A stretch of 64,000 bases of DNA from Minutocellus sp. GHC0000111 (taxonomy: Eukaryota), in contig OZ361260.1 of NCBI GenBank assembly GCA_977018835.1, forward strand, positions 2,666,001-2,730,000. Direction: 5' to 3'. Position numbers and translations under genes: made by a program. Positions 1-11,251 of this stretch are shown here, in pieces (within the stretch, counting starts at the first letter, position 1; every line of letters begins with the position of its first letter). Below the pieces are notes generated by a model that was not told where the DNA came from, made no database searches, and saw only the letters and a program-made list of their open reading frames with translations.

Positions 1-882
1 CATCTCAAGGCCGAGCTCAAGCACAAGTGGCACGTCAAGGTTTTCCCTGCCAAACGATCGAAAGATCGCGATGGATATGCCGGCCCCAACCGCTATCTGC
101 CAGTCTACAAGCACTCCGACACCCAAATGTTGGTATCAGGCGAGGTTCCCACCAATGAATTCTTCCGTAGCCATTCCGATGTGATTCATCTCCGCAATCT
201 CAGCCCCGCCATTACCAAGAAGGATCTGTCAGCCTTCTTCCAGCCCTACAGCACCGACTATCGTGATGAGTTTGGTAGCATTGAGTTTGTCCATGATGCC
301 GATGGTCTGCGCACGGACCGGGCCTATGTCGGATTCGATCTGCCCGGTGAGGTCGACGCCGTTTTTGAGGCATTCGCTCATGGTCGAGCTCAGATATCGG
401 CCGGGCAAGATGGCGCCGTATCGACCGTATCCATGTCAAAAGTGAAGGAAAGAGCCGTTCGTCGTGGATCCAAGGCCGACCGCCCTCAGCCCCGCAGTGA
501 GGAGGACTTGCTCGACGATTTGCACAACTGGGAGCGCCATGTCGATCCGGAAGACCTCGAGACTCTCAATGAGCTGGGCATCACTCACGATATTCTCGAC
601 GAGATCTTCGTCACTCTCCGATACCAGAACAAGACCTTTGCGGCAGCTGATCAAGCGCGCAAGGGCGAGCGATCGCATCCCGAGTATGCCCGAGGAGATC
701 ATTACCGTCGCATGGTGCGGCTGTACATCAAGACGCTGTTGGAGGTATCGGTCACTCCGGACGAGCCCGGCATGCTGTACGAGGGTATGTTCCCCGATGA
801 CATGGAGATCGATACGTCGATCTTCGACGAAGAGAGGGAAAGGATCAATAGGTTGCGAATGAAGACCACCGGGCATTCTTAA
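1..882 (+). CDS. RRM-like RNA-binding protein, 3' part (5' end outside window)
   Basis: Frame is open from base 1 to TAA at 880-882. VIHLRNLSPAITKKDLSAFF ... DGLRTDRAYVGF resemble RNP2/RNP1 of an hnRNP-F/H-like quasi-RRM. Confidence 0.65.
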   Translation, partial: HLKAELKHKWHVKVFPAKRSKDRDGYAGPNRYLPVYKHSDTQMLVSGEVPTNEFFRSHSDVIHLRNLSPAITKKDLSAFFQPYSTDYRDEFGSIEFVHDADGLRTDRAYVGFDLPGEVDAVFEAFAHGRAQISAGQDGAVSTVSMSKVKERAVRRGSKADRPQPRSEEDLLDDLHNWERHVDPEDLETLNELGITHDILDEIFVTLRYQNKTFAAADQARKGERSHPEYARGDHYRRMVRLYIKTLLEVSVTPDEPGMLYEGMFPDDMEIDTSIFDEERERINRLRMKTTGHS

Positions 883-1052
883 ATTGCTTATAAGGCTGCA
901 TTGAAATGATATCATTGAAATGTAAATGTGTATTACAAATCAGCAAAGAATTCCGCAAGTATGAGTTATTAATTGGTGATCGTTGCCAAGAAATTACATC
1001 AAAATTGCTTTATTTCGCCATGAAATGGCGATTTTAGTTCAATCAAGTACAT

Positions 1053-2759
1053 CTACAAATGATATCTCACTGAATTTGTCAAAGATCCAGCAATTCTTCT
1101 GCCGTCTTTCCTCAAAACAGAAAAACACGCTCCGGCCCGCTGCCAGCAAACATACATGTACTTTCCACTTGGGCTAAATGCAAGGCCGGTCGTTAGTCGA
1201 TCCATTTGATACCCGTCTTCGTTCAGCGTACTTTCGAGAATGGTAGAATACCGTCCCTCGGCATCGCGCGTGTAAATTCCTCCGGCTTTCGCTTTCCAAC
1301 CATGGTTGGTCATGTAAATGATTCCAGAATTATCACCCGACAATCGAATTAGCTGGTCCGCAGATAGATTCATTCCATCCTCCTGTGGACTGATTCGGGT
1401 GTAATTGGCATTATCTAGATCCAAGATAAAAATATCGGTGCTTCTTCTAGCGGTGAAGTGCATGATTCCATCTCTGATCTCGATTCCCTCTGAATTGCTG
1501 TACAGATGGGCAGATTGATCAGCCTCTTGCTTATCGGCAGTCCAATAGAAGGTGCCCTTTTGATTTTTATCATCGGTGGGTTCCAACACTAGGTAATCTA
1601 TCGTTCCGTTTCCAAACAGCAATGTTCGATACCGTGATTCAGCATCGTAGGTAGCCGCCGGCCGATATCGTCTAAGAGGGCCTACTTTTCTATCTTCGGT
1701 GATAAAATAGGATGGATTCTTGCTATCTCGCTCATCGTACGCAAACGATTCGAAATTTCCACCCTCTGCGCCTCCCAACGCCGTGCGAGTCTCCTCTTTA
1801 TTGGCCAAGCCACCACCGACAAAAGGATCCAATTCGTAACAATGTGTGTTGCCAGACTCTTCGCACGATATGAAGGAATTCCAACTCGTCACTCCACCCC
1901 CGCAATTCCGTGAGGTGTTTTTGAGCAACATATCGTAGAATATGGCCTCACCGTTGGCATTAAATAAGATAACACCGACTCCGCCTCCACCGTTCTTGAC
2001 CTCCGAGTTGGAAACGTACGCCCATCCGCCTTGATTTCGACCCGTTGTATCTTCAAAGCAGGCGCCGTAATCTGGCAGATAATGGAATGATAATTGTGAA
2101 TAAGTACCATTGGCATACAAAACTGGCTGGCCTGATTGAGCAATGGGTCGTATGTCCAATCCGTTCGAAAGTTTGACTCCATATTTCGTGGAAGTTAGGA
2201 AACCGGGCACATATTCATCGTCGGCCGGTGGTTCGACGCAGTAATCAACTGACCCCCATGGATTGCCTAGACATTTGAAGGGTATATCGTAGGGCCGATC
2301 CTTGCGTTGGTAGCACAATAACCCATGGATGCAGTCGTCGTCGGTATCACAATCGCCGGCACATGTCCCCAGCGGTCCTCTTTGGCCTATGTAAGTCAAA
2401 TGCGTAAAGTTTTGTGATGATGGCGAAATGCAGTAGTTGATTTCATCCTGGACATCATCGTGTACTGGCACTTGGATTTCTGCTGCTGCATCGTCGTCGC
2501 CGTCGCTTTCTGGACGCGAAGTGCATCCCGGAATATCCTTGCCAACAGCAATGGCCGGGTCGTCGCCGTTGCGCTTGTAGCACACTAAACCAGACTGGCA
2601 ATCGTCGTGAATTTGACATCCGCTCTGGCAGAGACCGATGCCGCCGAGAGACGATGCGTCGGTGTCGGCAGAGGCAGAAGTCGTTGTAGGAATGGTGGTG
2701 GTAGCAGTGGAAATAGCGACCGCCAACAGCTGCACTCGCCTTCGACGACGACGAATCAT
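1053..2759 (-). CDS. phoX: PhoX/DUF839-like alkaline phosphatase with N-terminal signal-like segment and two Cys-rich repeats
   Basis: ATG at 2759. PhoX-like motifs PDYGAC, YVSNSE, NCGGG.TSWNSFISCEE, FESFA, TED, NSEGI, TTGLAFSPSG. N-terminal GLCQSGC..HDDC.SGLVC and GTCAGDCDTDDDC.HGLLC repeats. Confidence 0.8.
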   Translation of the reverse strand: MIRRRRRRVQLLAVAISTATTTIPTTTSASADTDASSLGGIGLCQSGCQIHDDCQSGLVCYKRNGDDPAIAVGKDIPGCTSRPESDGDDDAAAEIQVPVHDDVQDEINYCISPSSQNFTHLTYIGQRGPLGTCAGDCDTDDDCIHGLLCYQRKDRPYDIPFKCLGNPWGSVDYCVEPPADDEYVPGFLTSTKYGVKLSNGLDIRPIAQSGQPVLYANGTYSQLSFHYLPDYGACFEDTTGRNQGGWAYVSNSEVKNGGGGVGVILFNANGEAIFYDMLLKNTSRNCGGGVTSWNSFISCEESGNTHCYELDPFVGGGLANKEETRTALGGAEGGNFESFAYDERDSKNPSYFITEDRKVGPLRRYRPAATYDAESRYRTLLFGNGTIDYLVLEPTDDKNQKGTFYWTADKQEADQSAHLYSNSEGIEIRDGIMHFTARRSTDIFILDLDNANYTRISPQEDGMNLSADQLIRLSGDNSGIIYMTNHGWKAKAGGIYTRDAEGRYSTILESTLNEDGYQMDRLTTGLAFSPSGKYMYVCWQRAGACFSVLRKDGRRIAGSLTNSVRYHL

Positions 2760-3081
2760 CTCGTGGTGATGTGAATTCAAATTAATTGAATTAATTCAAT
2801 TGAATTGTTCTTGGCTTTGTTCGATCATTGCCAGCATCTTGGCTTGGCTACTTTGACTTTTGCTTGTTTTGCTTGCTTCTGCTGCTCGCCAAACTTTGTC
2901 ACTCCCAAAAAGCTGTCTACCGTCCGTCGACTCAAATTTTGCCCGCGCGCCGGCCTCTCCTCCAACATCCGAGCGAATTGGCTCGCATGGTTCCAAACAT
3001 CTTGCGATCACTTTCACTTTGGACCGCCACGTCCCTCATTCTCTAGACCAAATTAGATTTGGAAGCACGATACGATCGTAA

Positions 3082-3112
3082 AGTGCAGTGCAGTGCAGTG
3101 CAGTGCAGTGCA
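3082..3112. repeat. (AGTGC)6 pentanucleotide microsatellite
   Basis: Directly visible in the divergent intergenic region. Confidence 0.95.
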
Positions 3113-3283
3113 TTGGAGTGGTTTTCCACTCATTCACTCTTGCAGCCGTTGCATCACAATATCACCACACTCGACCAATCAGATCGAAGCACATAATATC
3201 ACATCAATTCAATTCAGTGCCATCACTCGCATTGAATTCTATTCCCCACGCGAAGCGAGGAATAATACTACATCGCAAACAAT

Positions 3284-4624
3284 ATGGCTTGCCAGGCATT
3301 GAACTCGTTTGCGGAGCTTCTGTTCAGCGAGAATCAGCAGGACGATGATGCCGACGCCGACATTGAGAATCTCCGTCGGCAGATGGACGGCATGAATAAT
3401 GTGCATGACAATGAAGACGACATCAACGCAAACAATATTGATGACGATGATGACATGGATAATATGGCCAAGGAGGACGATAATGCTCCACCTTGTGCAC
3501 CAGATGCAGCCGCCAAGAATAACATGGACATCCCAACGGAGCTGACCATCGAAATGCCTCTTCAAGACAGTCACAACAACCACATTACTACTAGCCAGTC
3601 TACTACTAGCCAGGCCGCTGAAGAAGCCATCTTCGCCTGCCGTTCCGCCGATGTCGTTGACGATGTCGGCGATGTCATCAATGTTATCGACGACTTTGAA
3701 AAAGACGTTGAGGCCGCTTTGGACGTTGCCGCCGATGTCGCCCTCAACTTGGTTGGTAATAATAATACCGGTACTATTGCCATCAAAGACAAGAGCGACT
3801 CAGCCGCCGCTGCTGCAAATGCCGATGCAAGCACGGTCGAAACTTCGCCACTTGACGTCACCCAGGATATTTCCGATTCTTCCTTTACTGGCGAGTCGGC
3901 CGCCAGCAATAGCAGCAGTACTGGAAGCAGCAACGTCAACTCTAGGTCCAAGACGAATACCGTCAGCCGATCGCGATCGCACATGTCGTCGCTGCATCAC
4001 CTCAAGGCTAACCTTTACAACAAGGCCAGCCAGTTGCGCGAGCTCGATGCCCTCGTCAGTTGGCAGTCCCGCCGAACTTACAAGCTAAGTGATCCCGTGG
4101 CGAGTGCAAACTTTGACGAAAGCGTCGAGGTCTCCGCAGTGGAAATTACCTTGGCAAATCGTCGCACTTCTGGTAAGAGGGGTGAGGATCCACCGGAACA
4201 ACTCGAGGAAGTGAAGAAGGAAAAAATAATTGAAGATGATGATGTCCCCGAACCGTCCTCCGATCTCGAACCATCGCCAGAACAGAAGGAATGGAGCGAA
4301 AATTGCGCCAAATTGGCCGACCAGTATCGTCAGAATGGCGGCAGCATTGCCCACATCACCCAATCCCGTACCGCCAAGCCCAACGTCGAGCACTACAAGA
4401 TGCGAATGTTTGTCGAGCAGCAGCGCAAGGCTGCTAAAAAGGGTATGCTGAGCCAGGAACAGATTGTGAAGTTGGTCGCCGTCGGAATTGACTTTGGTGG
4501 CAATGATACGAAAGAGATTGCCGATTCAACCAATCCCATTGCCAATAACGATAACGATATTGTGCAGCAGGAGGATATTGGCGACGTCATGAGGAAGGAC
4601 ATCTCGCAGTGCGCCAGCTTCTAG
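3284..4624 (+). CDS. Acidic low-complexity protein with C-terminal helicase-associated (HA) domain, paralog 1
   Basis: EWSENCAKLADQYRQNGG ... MRMFVEQQRK ... LSQEQIVKLVAVGIDFG. Shares the LDVTQD motif with its neighbours. Confidence 0.75.
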   Translation: MACQALNSFAELLFSENQQDDDADADIENLRRQMDGMNNVHDNEDDINANNIDDDDDMDNMAKEDDNAPPCAPDAAAKNNMDIPTELTIEMPLQDSHNNHITTSQSTTSQAAEEAIFACRSADVVDDVGDVINVIDDFEKDVEAALDVAADVALNLVGNNNTGTIAIKDKSDSAAAAANADASTVETSPLDVTQDISDSSFTGESAASNSSSTGSSNVNSRSKTNTVSRSRSHMSSLHHLKANLYNKASQLRELDALVSWQSRRTYKLSDPVASANFDESVEVSAVEITLANRRTSGKRGEDPPEQLEEVKKEKIIEDDDVPEPSSDLEPSPEQKEWSENCAKLADQYRQNGGSIAHITQSRTAKPNVEHYKMRMFVEQQRKAAKKGMLSQEQIVKLVAVGIDFGGNDTKEIADSTNPIANNDNDIVQQEDIGDVMRKDISQCASF

Positions 4625-4977
4625 ATCTAGATCTATCGTTTCGGGCATTCAGATAGATGTTCGTCCTAACTTGTTTATGAATAACTTTTTTATGAACTAT
4701 TAGGTACATATTACATAATATATCTTCATGCATATGCCATAACTATGTAACAACAGCAGATTCTCGGCGTTGGGCCGGCAGGCTCGCATCCAACCAAACG
4801 ACTCCCAAGAAGCGCCTAACTTTCACTTTTTTGGGGCTTGGCGCCAAAGGAAGTTCTGCAGATTGCCTCATATCATCCGCCAATAAGAAGATATCGCATC
4901 GGCATTGTTCCTGGATTGATGCCTTGTGATTGATTGATTGATTGATTACTTATTCATCATTCTCAACTAATAGCATC

Positions 4978-6165
4978 ATGCAGTGCAACGCGCTCGACGC
5001 GCTCGACTCGGTAACCTGCGGAGGTGCTCTCTGCTTCGCCGCCGAAGAAGCGAGCGACAGCGACTCTGATTTTGATGTTGACAGCGAGAGTGATGCCAAT
5101 AATTCCGAAGACGAAGAAGAGAACAAGGCCAAGGCTGTAGACGAGGCACTTACTAACAATTGCCACGGCAGCGGCGATGTCGAGGAGAAATCTTCAGGCG
5201 CCAACAGTACAAGTAATACTTCCTCGCTTGCATGTGACAGCGAAAGTAAGCATGACCAACACATATATTTTGCCGACATGGCGGTTGATGCCGCTGAGGA
5301 AGCCACGGCCGACGAGGAAAAGTCCAATCATAACGCCGAGGGAGTTACTGGCAATGAAGCTGAGATTGATGGTAAAAAAGTCGTCTACGATACCGATGGC
5401 GATGATAACGACGATGGTACCGTCGACACTGCCCTCGATGTTACGCAGGATGTTTCTCCTTCAGAGGAGGAGGACGACGATGAAAGTGCCGAGGTTGAGC
5501 CTGTGGACGTCAAAATCGATCTAGATAATGATAGCGTTGATGCTATAATTAATGATTTGGATGACGAATTTGCGCCCAGGAAGGACGAAGACAAAGTCGC
5601 AGTCGTCACTGACAATGATGAGAGTGAGGAGGAGAAGGATGATGAGAAGTCCATCGATACGAACATGACCGAGGACTATTCCGAGGAGAACGATCACCAT
5701 GCATTCACCCAAATCGTCCAGGAGGAAATGAGTCTGACACCTCAGCAGCAACAATGGAACGATAAGTACGCCAGTCTCCTCAAGTACTATAACAAGCACG
5801 GTACCAGCACCATCGCCCTCAAGGTCAATACCAAACCCAAACACCTTCTGCTGCGCCGATGGGCCGATAAGCAACGTCTGAACTTCCTCAACGACGAGCT
5901 TACTCCCGGCCAAATCCAAAAGCTCGTTGCCGTGGAATTCGACTTTGGTCAAGACATTGATTTGCTGGTTGCCGAAAAGATTGAGCAGGAGCGCATCGAA
6001 GCCGAACAGAAAAGAGCCGAGGCTCTCCGATTGGAGGAGGAGGCCAAGGCTGCTGCCATCCGGAAGGAGGAGAGTCATATCAAGAAGCTTCGAAAGAGAA
6101 TGAATCACAAGAAGAAGGTGGAACAGATGCGTTCGGAGGCCATTAGCGTCGTTGTTGGAAATTAG
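4978..6165 (+). CDS. Acidic protein with HA domain and coiled-coil tail, paralog 2
   Basis: ATG at 4978 (MQCNALD). WNDKYASLLKYYNKHGTSTI ... LRRWADKQR ... LTPGQIQKLVAVEFDFG. Confidence 0.8.
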   Translation: MQCNALDALDSVTCGGALCFAAEEASDSDSDFDVDSESDANNSEDEEENKAKAVDEALTNNCHGSGDVEEKSSGANSTSNTSSLACDSESKHDQHIYFADMAVDAAEEATADEEKSNHNAEGVTGNEAEIDGKKVVYDTDGDDNDDGTVDTALDVTQDVSPSEEEDDDESAEVEPVDVKIDLDNDSVDAIINDLDDEFAPRKDEDKVAVVTDNDESEEEKDDEKSIDTNMTEDYSEENDHHAFTQIVQEEMSLTPQQQQWNDKYASLLKYYNKHGTSTIALKVNTKPKHLLLRRWADKQRLNFLNDELTPGQIQKLVAVEFDFGQDIDLLVAEKIEQERIEAEQKRAEALRLEEEAKAAAIRKEESHIKKLRKRMNHKKKVEQMRSEAISVVVGN

Positions 6166-6668
6166 AATTGAATGATGATTGAGATGGGACAAGAGGTGGA
6201 TTGTTTTGTTGGATTGAAACTTACCGACCGGTACATGCGCTTATTTTATCGGTACACGGTAGATCTAGATCTGGAGTCTACAATACATGCCGTTTGATAC
6301 GAGAATGCAGGATAACCAATTTCAAGTTAAAAAGATATATACCATGGTATACATATATACAGGTAACACTGGCATCTAAATCAAATACAGCTTACCGGTC
6401 GGTCTTATGTTTGCCTGCCTGTCGGCTCGGTCAGTCTGCCGCCGCCAAATCAATCGGAATTCTCTGATTATTGCGTCTTACCACCCGATTTTTCTTGTCT
6501 GTTGGGCACTTCCGGCGCGTGTCCTGGCGGGAAAGCCAAAATTTCACTTGGATCGGCATGATTGATCAACATCATTGGCTGTCGTCAGCATAAATCCTTC
6601 GTACTGCACGTATTCTTTCCTTCGAGTTGGTCAAGTTCAGTTGGCTTTGCTATCACCATAATCAGAGC

Positions 6669-8144
6669 ATGAACTTGAGCGAAAGCATGAAATGCGGAGC
6701 GCTGGAGCCGTTGTCTAGGGCGCTGCTCTGCCAAAATCGAGAAGGCGACGATGAAGATGGGCAAGTGGAAGTACAACGAGTTGCAGAGCGGGACGGAAAA
6801 TTGGACCTCGAAATTGCATACACATATACCCACACCGGCACTAGCCTTGAAGTAAACGACAAGAAAAATGGCTACGGGCAGATGTTCTCCGGAAGCAATT
6901 ACGAGACATTCGACGAAGGAGATGGCGAAATGCTCGGTGCCAGAACTTTCACTTACGATGACACATGTGACGAGGATCAGACAACCAACTTCGATCATGA
7001 CGAAAGCTTCTCCGCTTACATTTCCGGGGCCTACACGTACGACGAGGACAGCACTACACTTGCTAGCAAGCCTTTCAAAAGCGCCGTAGCTCCCGTCCAG
7101 AGCTTTATTTACGACGCATTGGGCGTTGAGCAGCCACAGCCGCAGGTCGAGAAGCAAAAGTCTTTGGATTTTGAGGAACTTGCTTCCTTCGACATTGCCA
7201 CCGGTACTGGTAGTGCTGCTGAAATCGTCGAGAAAAGTCTTTCGGATCTAACGCGCATCGGTCTTTGTCGTACATACAAGGGCGATGCCATCAGCGGTAT
7301 GGAAGTTACCTTTGCAAGCGAGGATGATACTTGCGACAAGACCGAGAATGAGAAGAAGAGTGCGGTCGATGATGAAGATGATGATGTTACCGAGCGTACT
7401 TCCCTCAATGTTACTCAAGTTTCCTTCGATTCGGAATATGACTCAGATAGCGGCATTGAGGTTGGTATTGACGATGTTGATTTCATGTTTGAAGAACTTG
7501 CTCTTGAATTGCCGCATGACGACGACAAGATCTCAACTACGTGTAGTGCATGTGGTAACGAGGAGGACGACACCTCGGCCGTGCTCAGCGTTCAAGGCGG
7601 AACCGAGGAGAAACAAGACGAGCATTCCGACACATCTGCCTCGCTGGTGCTCACACCAGATAACCTCATCGAAGATGTTATTACCGACGAGCCAACTCGC
7701 GAAGATGATGAAGGAGAGAAGGTCGACTATCCAAACAAGTCTACTGATATTGATACTACAAATCCGCGCAAGTCTATAGTCGCCGAAGTAGAATGGAATT
7801 CCAATTACAAGCAGCTTCTCAAGTACTACGAGGCACATGGTACGAGCAACATTCCTCGTACCAAGGCCAAACTCTTTAAGCTTCGCCAATGGACTGCCAA
7901 GCAGCGCAAGGCCTTTAGTTTGGATGAGCTTACACATGATCAAATTGCCAAGCTCGATGCCATTGGCTTTGACTTTGGCAACGAAGTCAATACAATGATT
8001 CCACGACTTCAGCAACAAGGACTGGCCGTCGCCAAGAAGAGCGAAGCCGGCGCTGCCAGCAAACGGCTCGCGTGGAAAAAGAGCTTTGCCAAATCCCATG
8101 GCCTCCTGGGTCGCTCGTCCAAGGCATCTCTTGCCAGCTTTTGA
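6669..8144 (+). CDS. Acidic protein with HA domain, paralog 3
   Basis: Start is ATG 6669 or 6687 (MKCGALE). WNSNYKQLLKYYEAHGTSNIP ... LRQWTAKQRK ... LTHDQIAKLDAIGFDFG. Confidence 0.8.
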   Translation: MNLSESMKCGALEPLSRALLCQNREGDDEDGQVEVQRVAERDGKLDLEIAYTYTHTGTSLEVNDKKNGYGQMFSGSNYETFDEGDGEMLGARTFTYDDTCDEDQTTNFDHDESFSAYISGAYTYDEDSTTLASKPFKSAVAPVQSFIYDALGVEQPQPQVEKQKSLDFEELASFDIATGTGSAAEIVEKSLSDLTRIGLCRTYKGDAISGMEVTFASEDDTCDKTENEKKSAVDDEDDDVTERTSLNVTQVSFDSEYDSDSGIEVGIDDVDFMFEELALELPHDDDKISTTCSACGNEEDDTSAVLSVQGGTEEKQDEHSDTSASLVLTPDNLIEDVITDEPTREDDEGEKVDYPNKSTDIDTTNPRKSIVAEVEWNSNYKQLLKYYEAHGTSNIPRTKAKLFKLRQWTAKQRKAFSLDELTHDQIAKLDAIGFDFGNEVNTMIPRLQQQGLAVAKKSEAGAASKRLAWKKSFAKSHGLLGRSSKASLASF

Positions 8145-8842
8145 AATGGCATTTAGTTCATATGGAATGTACATGCAACAACAGATCAAACCTAGATCTA
8201 CATGTATTGCCGGCACTACAGTTGTTATTCTCTCAAACTTACTTATTACCGGTGCACGTATGGATTTGAATGCGCCAAAACGAGCAAAGTTCTGTATTAC
8301 ATGCATCGGTATTTATCAACACACATGGACATAACTATTTCTAGATCTACTGAGTAGAATGAATTTACTTTTTCAAATCTGCTGGCCTGAATTCATTTTG
8401 GTAAGTTACATGTGTTAACACACAATGACTGACAACATGTCTGTTAACATGTAGATCTTTTGTAAAAGTCAATTTTGCTGCTGCTATCGTATAGATCTAG
8501 CTCTATTCCGCCAGTAGGCAGTATATCTACATGCAGCCCCAAGCCAATTACACATGCACCGTAGGCCTAGATAGATCTACCGACCGGCGGGGCGGCAGTA
8601 TCATCTCATTCTTGCAGCTCGGCCGGGCTTTGGCCGATTTACGTTGGGCCCGGCCGGCTCGCCATCAACAAACATCTCCCAAGTCCAAAATCAGGGCTTT
8701 GAAAGCGCTGCTGGCTTTCCGATTTTTTGGCGCCAAGCCATTTCATTTTGCTTCCGCAAGCAGCCAAGTTGCCTCCACTTGCCACGAAATATTGGCATGA
8801 ATTGCTTCATCTAATAGCAATAGTAGTCAAACGTAACGAACC

Positions 8843-9861
8843 ATGCAATTCACCGCGTTGGACTTGGTAACTTGCGCCGGCATTCTGTGCTTCGGAAGCG
8901 AAGAAGAGTACAGCGTCTCTGATTTTGATGAAAACAGCCATTATTCCGACGAAGAGGGAGACGAGGCAGCTGCAGATGAGCTGATTGGCGGCAGCGACGA
9001 CGATGAGAAAGAGGAACCTGGTAATGTGGCTGCAGGAAAAGATACCACCAGCAAAATCGAAGGAAGCTGCCCGGCTACTACAGGCAATATTTCTTCGCAC
9101 AAAAATGAGCACGACGTCAGGCCAACGAGTGACGAGCAGCAGCAGGACGGCAAGGGCAAAACCGCTGATGCTGCTACCGCCGACAACGACAAAACCTCCG
9201 GTAACGGCAATTGCGATGTTCCGGAAATTGCGGTAGCCAAAATCACGATGTTGTGAACGGAAAGGAAATCGTCTACGATAACGATGACGACGACCATACC
9301 CTTGATACCGCCCTCGATGTTACGCAGGATGTGTCTGCCTCCGAGGAGGATGACGATGAAAGTGCCGAGGTTGAGCCTACCGACGTCAAGATTGATCTAG
9401 ACGACAACGACATCGACGCCGATATTGACGCCTTTGTCCTTGATTTGGAAAGCGAATTTGCTCCGAAAAAGGACGAAGACGAAGTCGCTCTCTGTACTGA
9501 CAAGGATGAGACCGAGGAGGAGGAAGACGATGAGGATGAGGCAAAGGTTGATGAGAAGTCAGTTGATACAAACAAGGCCGAAGATTATTCCGGGGAAACT
9601 GCTGATCACCATCCGTACATTCATCTTGTCGAGTACACGCCTCAAGAGCAAAAGTGGAACGTCAAGTACGCCGACCTACTTCGATACTACAAGCTGTACG
9701 GTACCTCCAAAATCCCCCTCAGGGCCAAAACCAAGCTCAAGCACATTTTGCTGCGGCGTTGGGCCGACAAACAACGCAAGGCTTATCTCAAGGGCAGCCT
9801 CGCCGAGGAACAAATCGAGAAGCTCGTTGCCGTGCATGCCCTGGACTTGCTCGAAGTTTGA
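8843..9861 (+). CDS. HA-domain protein, paralog 4 (frameshift at A-run 9239-9242; aberrant C-terminus)
   Basis: Adding one A at 9239-9242 joins ORFs 8843 and 9211 (AKNHDVVNGKEIVYD). Strongly similar to paralog 2, but ends VAVHALDLLEV* instead of VAVEFDFG. Confidence 0.7.
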
Positions 9862-11251
9862 GCGTGTCGACGGGCAACAGGTATACGAATCAAAACCATT
9901 TCCCTCGAATCAGAACGATTCCGGAATAACGATGAGGATGATGCGAACCACGGCAAAATAAATGGTCGTCTACGATAACGATGACGACGAAGACGCCGTT
10001 GGTACATGTAACGCCCTTTGCATGTATTTATTTGCGAGAAGATGCATGTAGATCAATGTAGATCAAGATCCATTGACAATCAATCATTTTTAGCTGTGCA
10101 TGTGTAAAATGTACACATGTAGATCTACGTAGAGTGATTTCACGAGAGAACAGAGTGATTTCACGAGAGAGCAGACACCCCCTCCGCGATGTTTCGTAAA
10201 CATTGTACCAACTTCCTTTTATTGATGATCCTTACTCAGAAGGGTATTGTAGACCATAATCAACAATAAAAGGAAGTTGGTACAATGATCTTGGTGCTCT
10301 TTTAGCACATGATATAGATACGGTATTAGAGTGTTTCTTTTGGTACACTATTGTTTGAAAATTTATTTTTATGTCGTAGAATACACTTGTGCTGTTTCAA
10401 GAAAGAAAAAATACATCAAACTTTATAACGAAACAAAACCCATTTCGTTCAACGAATGGGGCCACAACATGTGTCGCCGACGTGCCTCCCATTGAGAACA
10501 ATCAAGACTACGGGGCACCATACCCTTGTAATAGCCTTTCACAACACTGTGGTGCAGCAGGAGACTTGCAATTACTTTTTTGAGCCTTGATGTCGTTGCC
10601 GATTTGGACAACGAATTTGCACCCAAGCAGGACGATTACCGTACCAGTACTGCGGGTACTACTACGAACGTTCCTCCCAAGGTCCATTCCAATGCCGACG
10701 AGCAAGACGAGGTATCCACAATCAACATGTCGTCCTACGAACATTCGGCCGAGGACGACGACGAGGACGACGATAACGACACCGTCCTCACCCTCGACGA
10801 ACAAAAGTGGAACGTCAAGTACGCCGACTTGCTGCGATACTACAAGCTTCACGGCACCACCCACATCTCCCTCAAGGCCAACGCCACCAAGCCCAAGCAT
10901 ATAATGCTCCGTCGGTGGGCCGACAGTCAACGCAAAGCCTTTCTCCACGATGAGCTTTCCGAGGAGCAAATTGAGAAGCTGGTCGCCGTCCAATTTGACT
11001 TTGGTCAGGATATCGAGGAGCTGGTGGCCGAACAGATTGAGCAGGAACGTATCCAGGCCGAACAGCGGAGGATCGAGGCCGAAAAACGTCGTCTGCGACT
11101 AAAGGCCGAAGCCGAACGACGTCGGCTCGAGGCCGAGAAGCGTCGTCTGGAGGAGATTGTGCTTAAAAAGGAGATGGACAAGAAGCGCATCGAGGCGACG
11201 TATGTGGTGGCCGACGTGGAGGGTTGCGTCGAAGCCATCTACGTGTCCTAA
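9830..11251 (+). pseudogene. HA-domain paralog 5, disrupted by a ~575-bp insertion
   Basis: Fragment VVYDNDDDEDAVGT (~9965-10005) resumes at ~10583 as SLDVVADLDNEFAPK ... WNVKYADLLRYYKLHG ... VAVQFDFG plus coiled coil. Confidence 0.65.
10005..10580. mobile_element. AT-rich non-coding insertion with long hairpin (putative non-autonomous element)
   Basis: Interrupts an HA paralog. Contains a 24-bp perfect inverted repeat (10201-10224/10264-10287) and a tandem AGAGTGATTTCACGAGAGA x2 (~10131-10170). No TIR or TSD identified. Confidence 0.4.

Noticed and set aside
2784..2801. 18-bp AT-rich palindrome AATTGAATTAATTCAATT upstream of phoX
   Set aside because: Low complexity; cannot be supported as a regulatory site.
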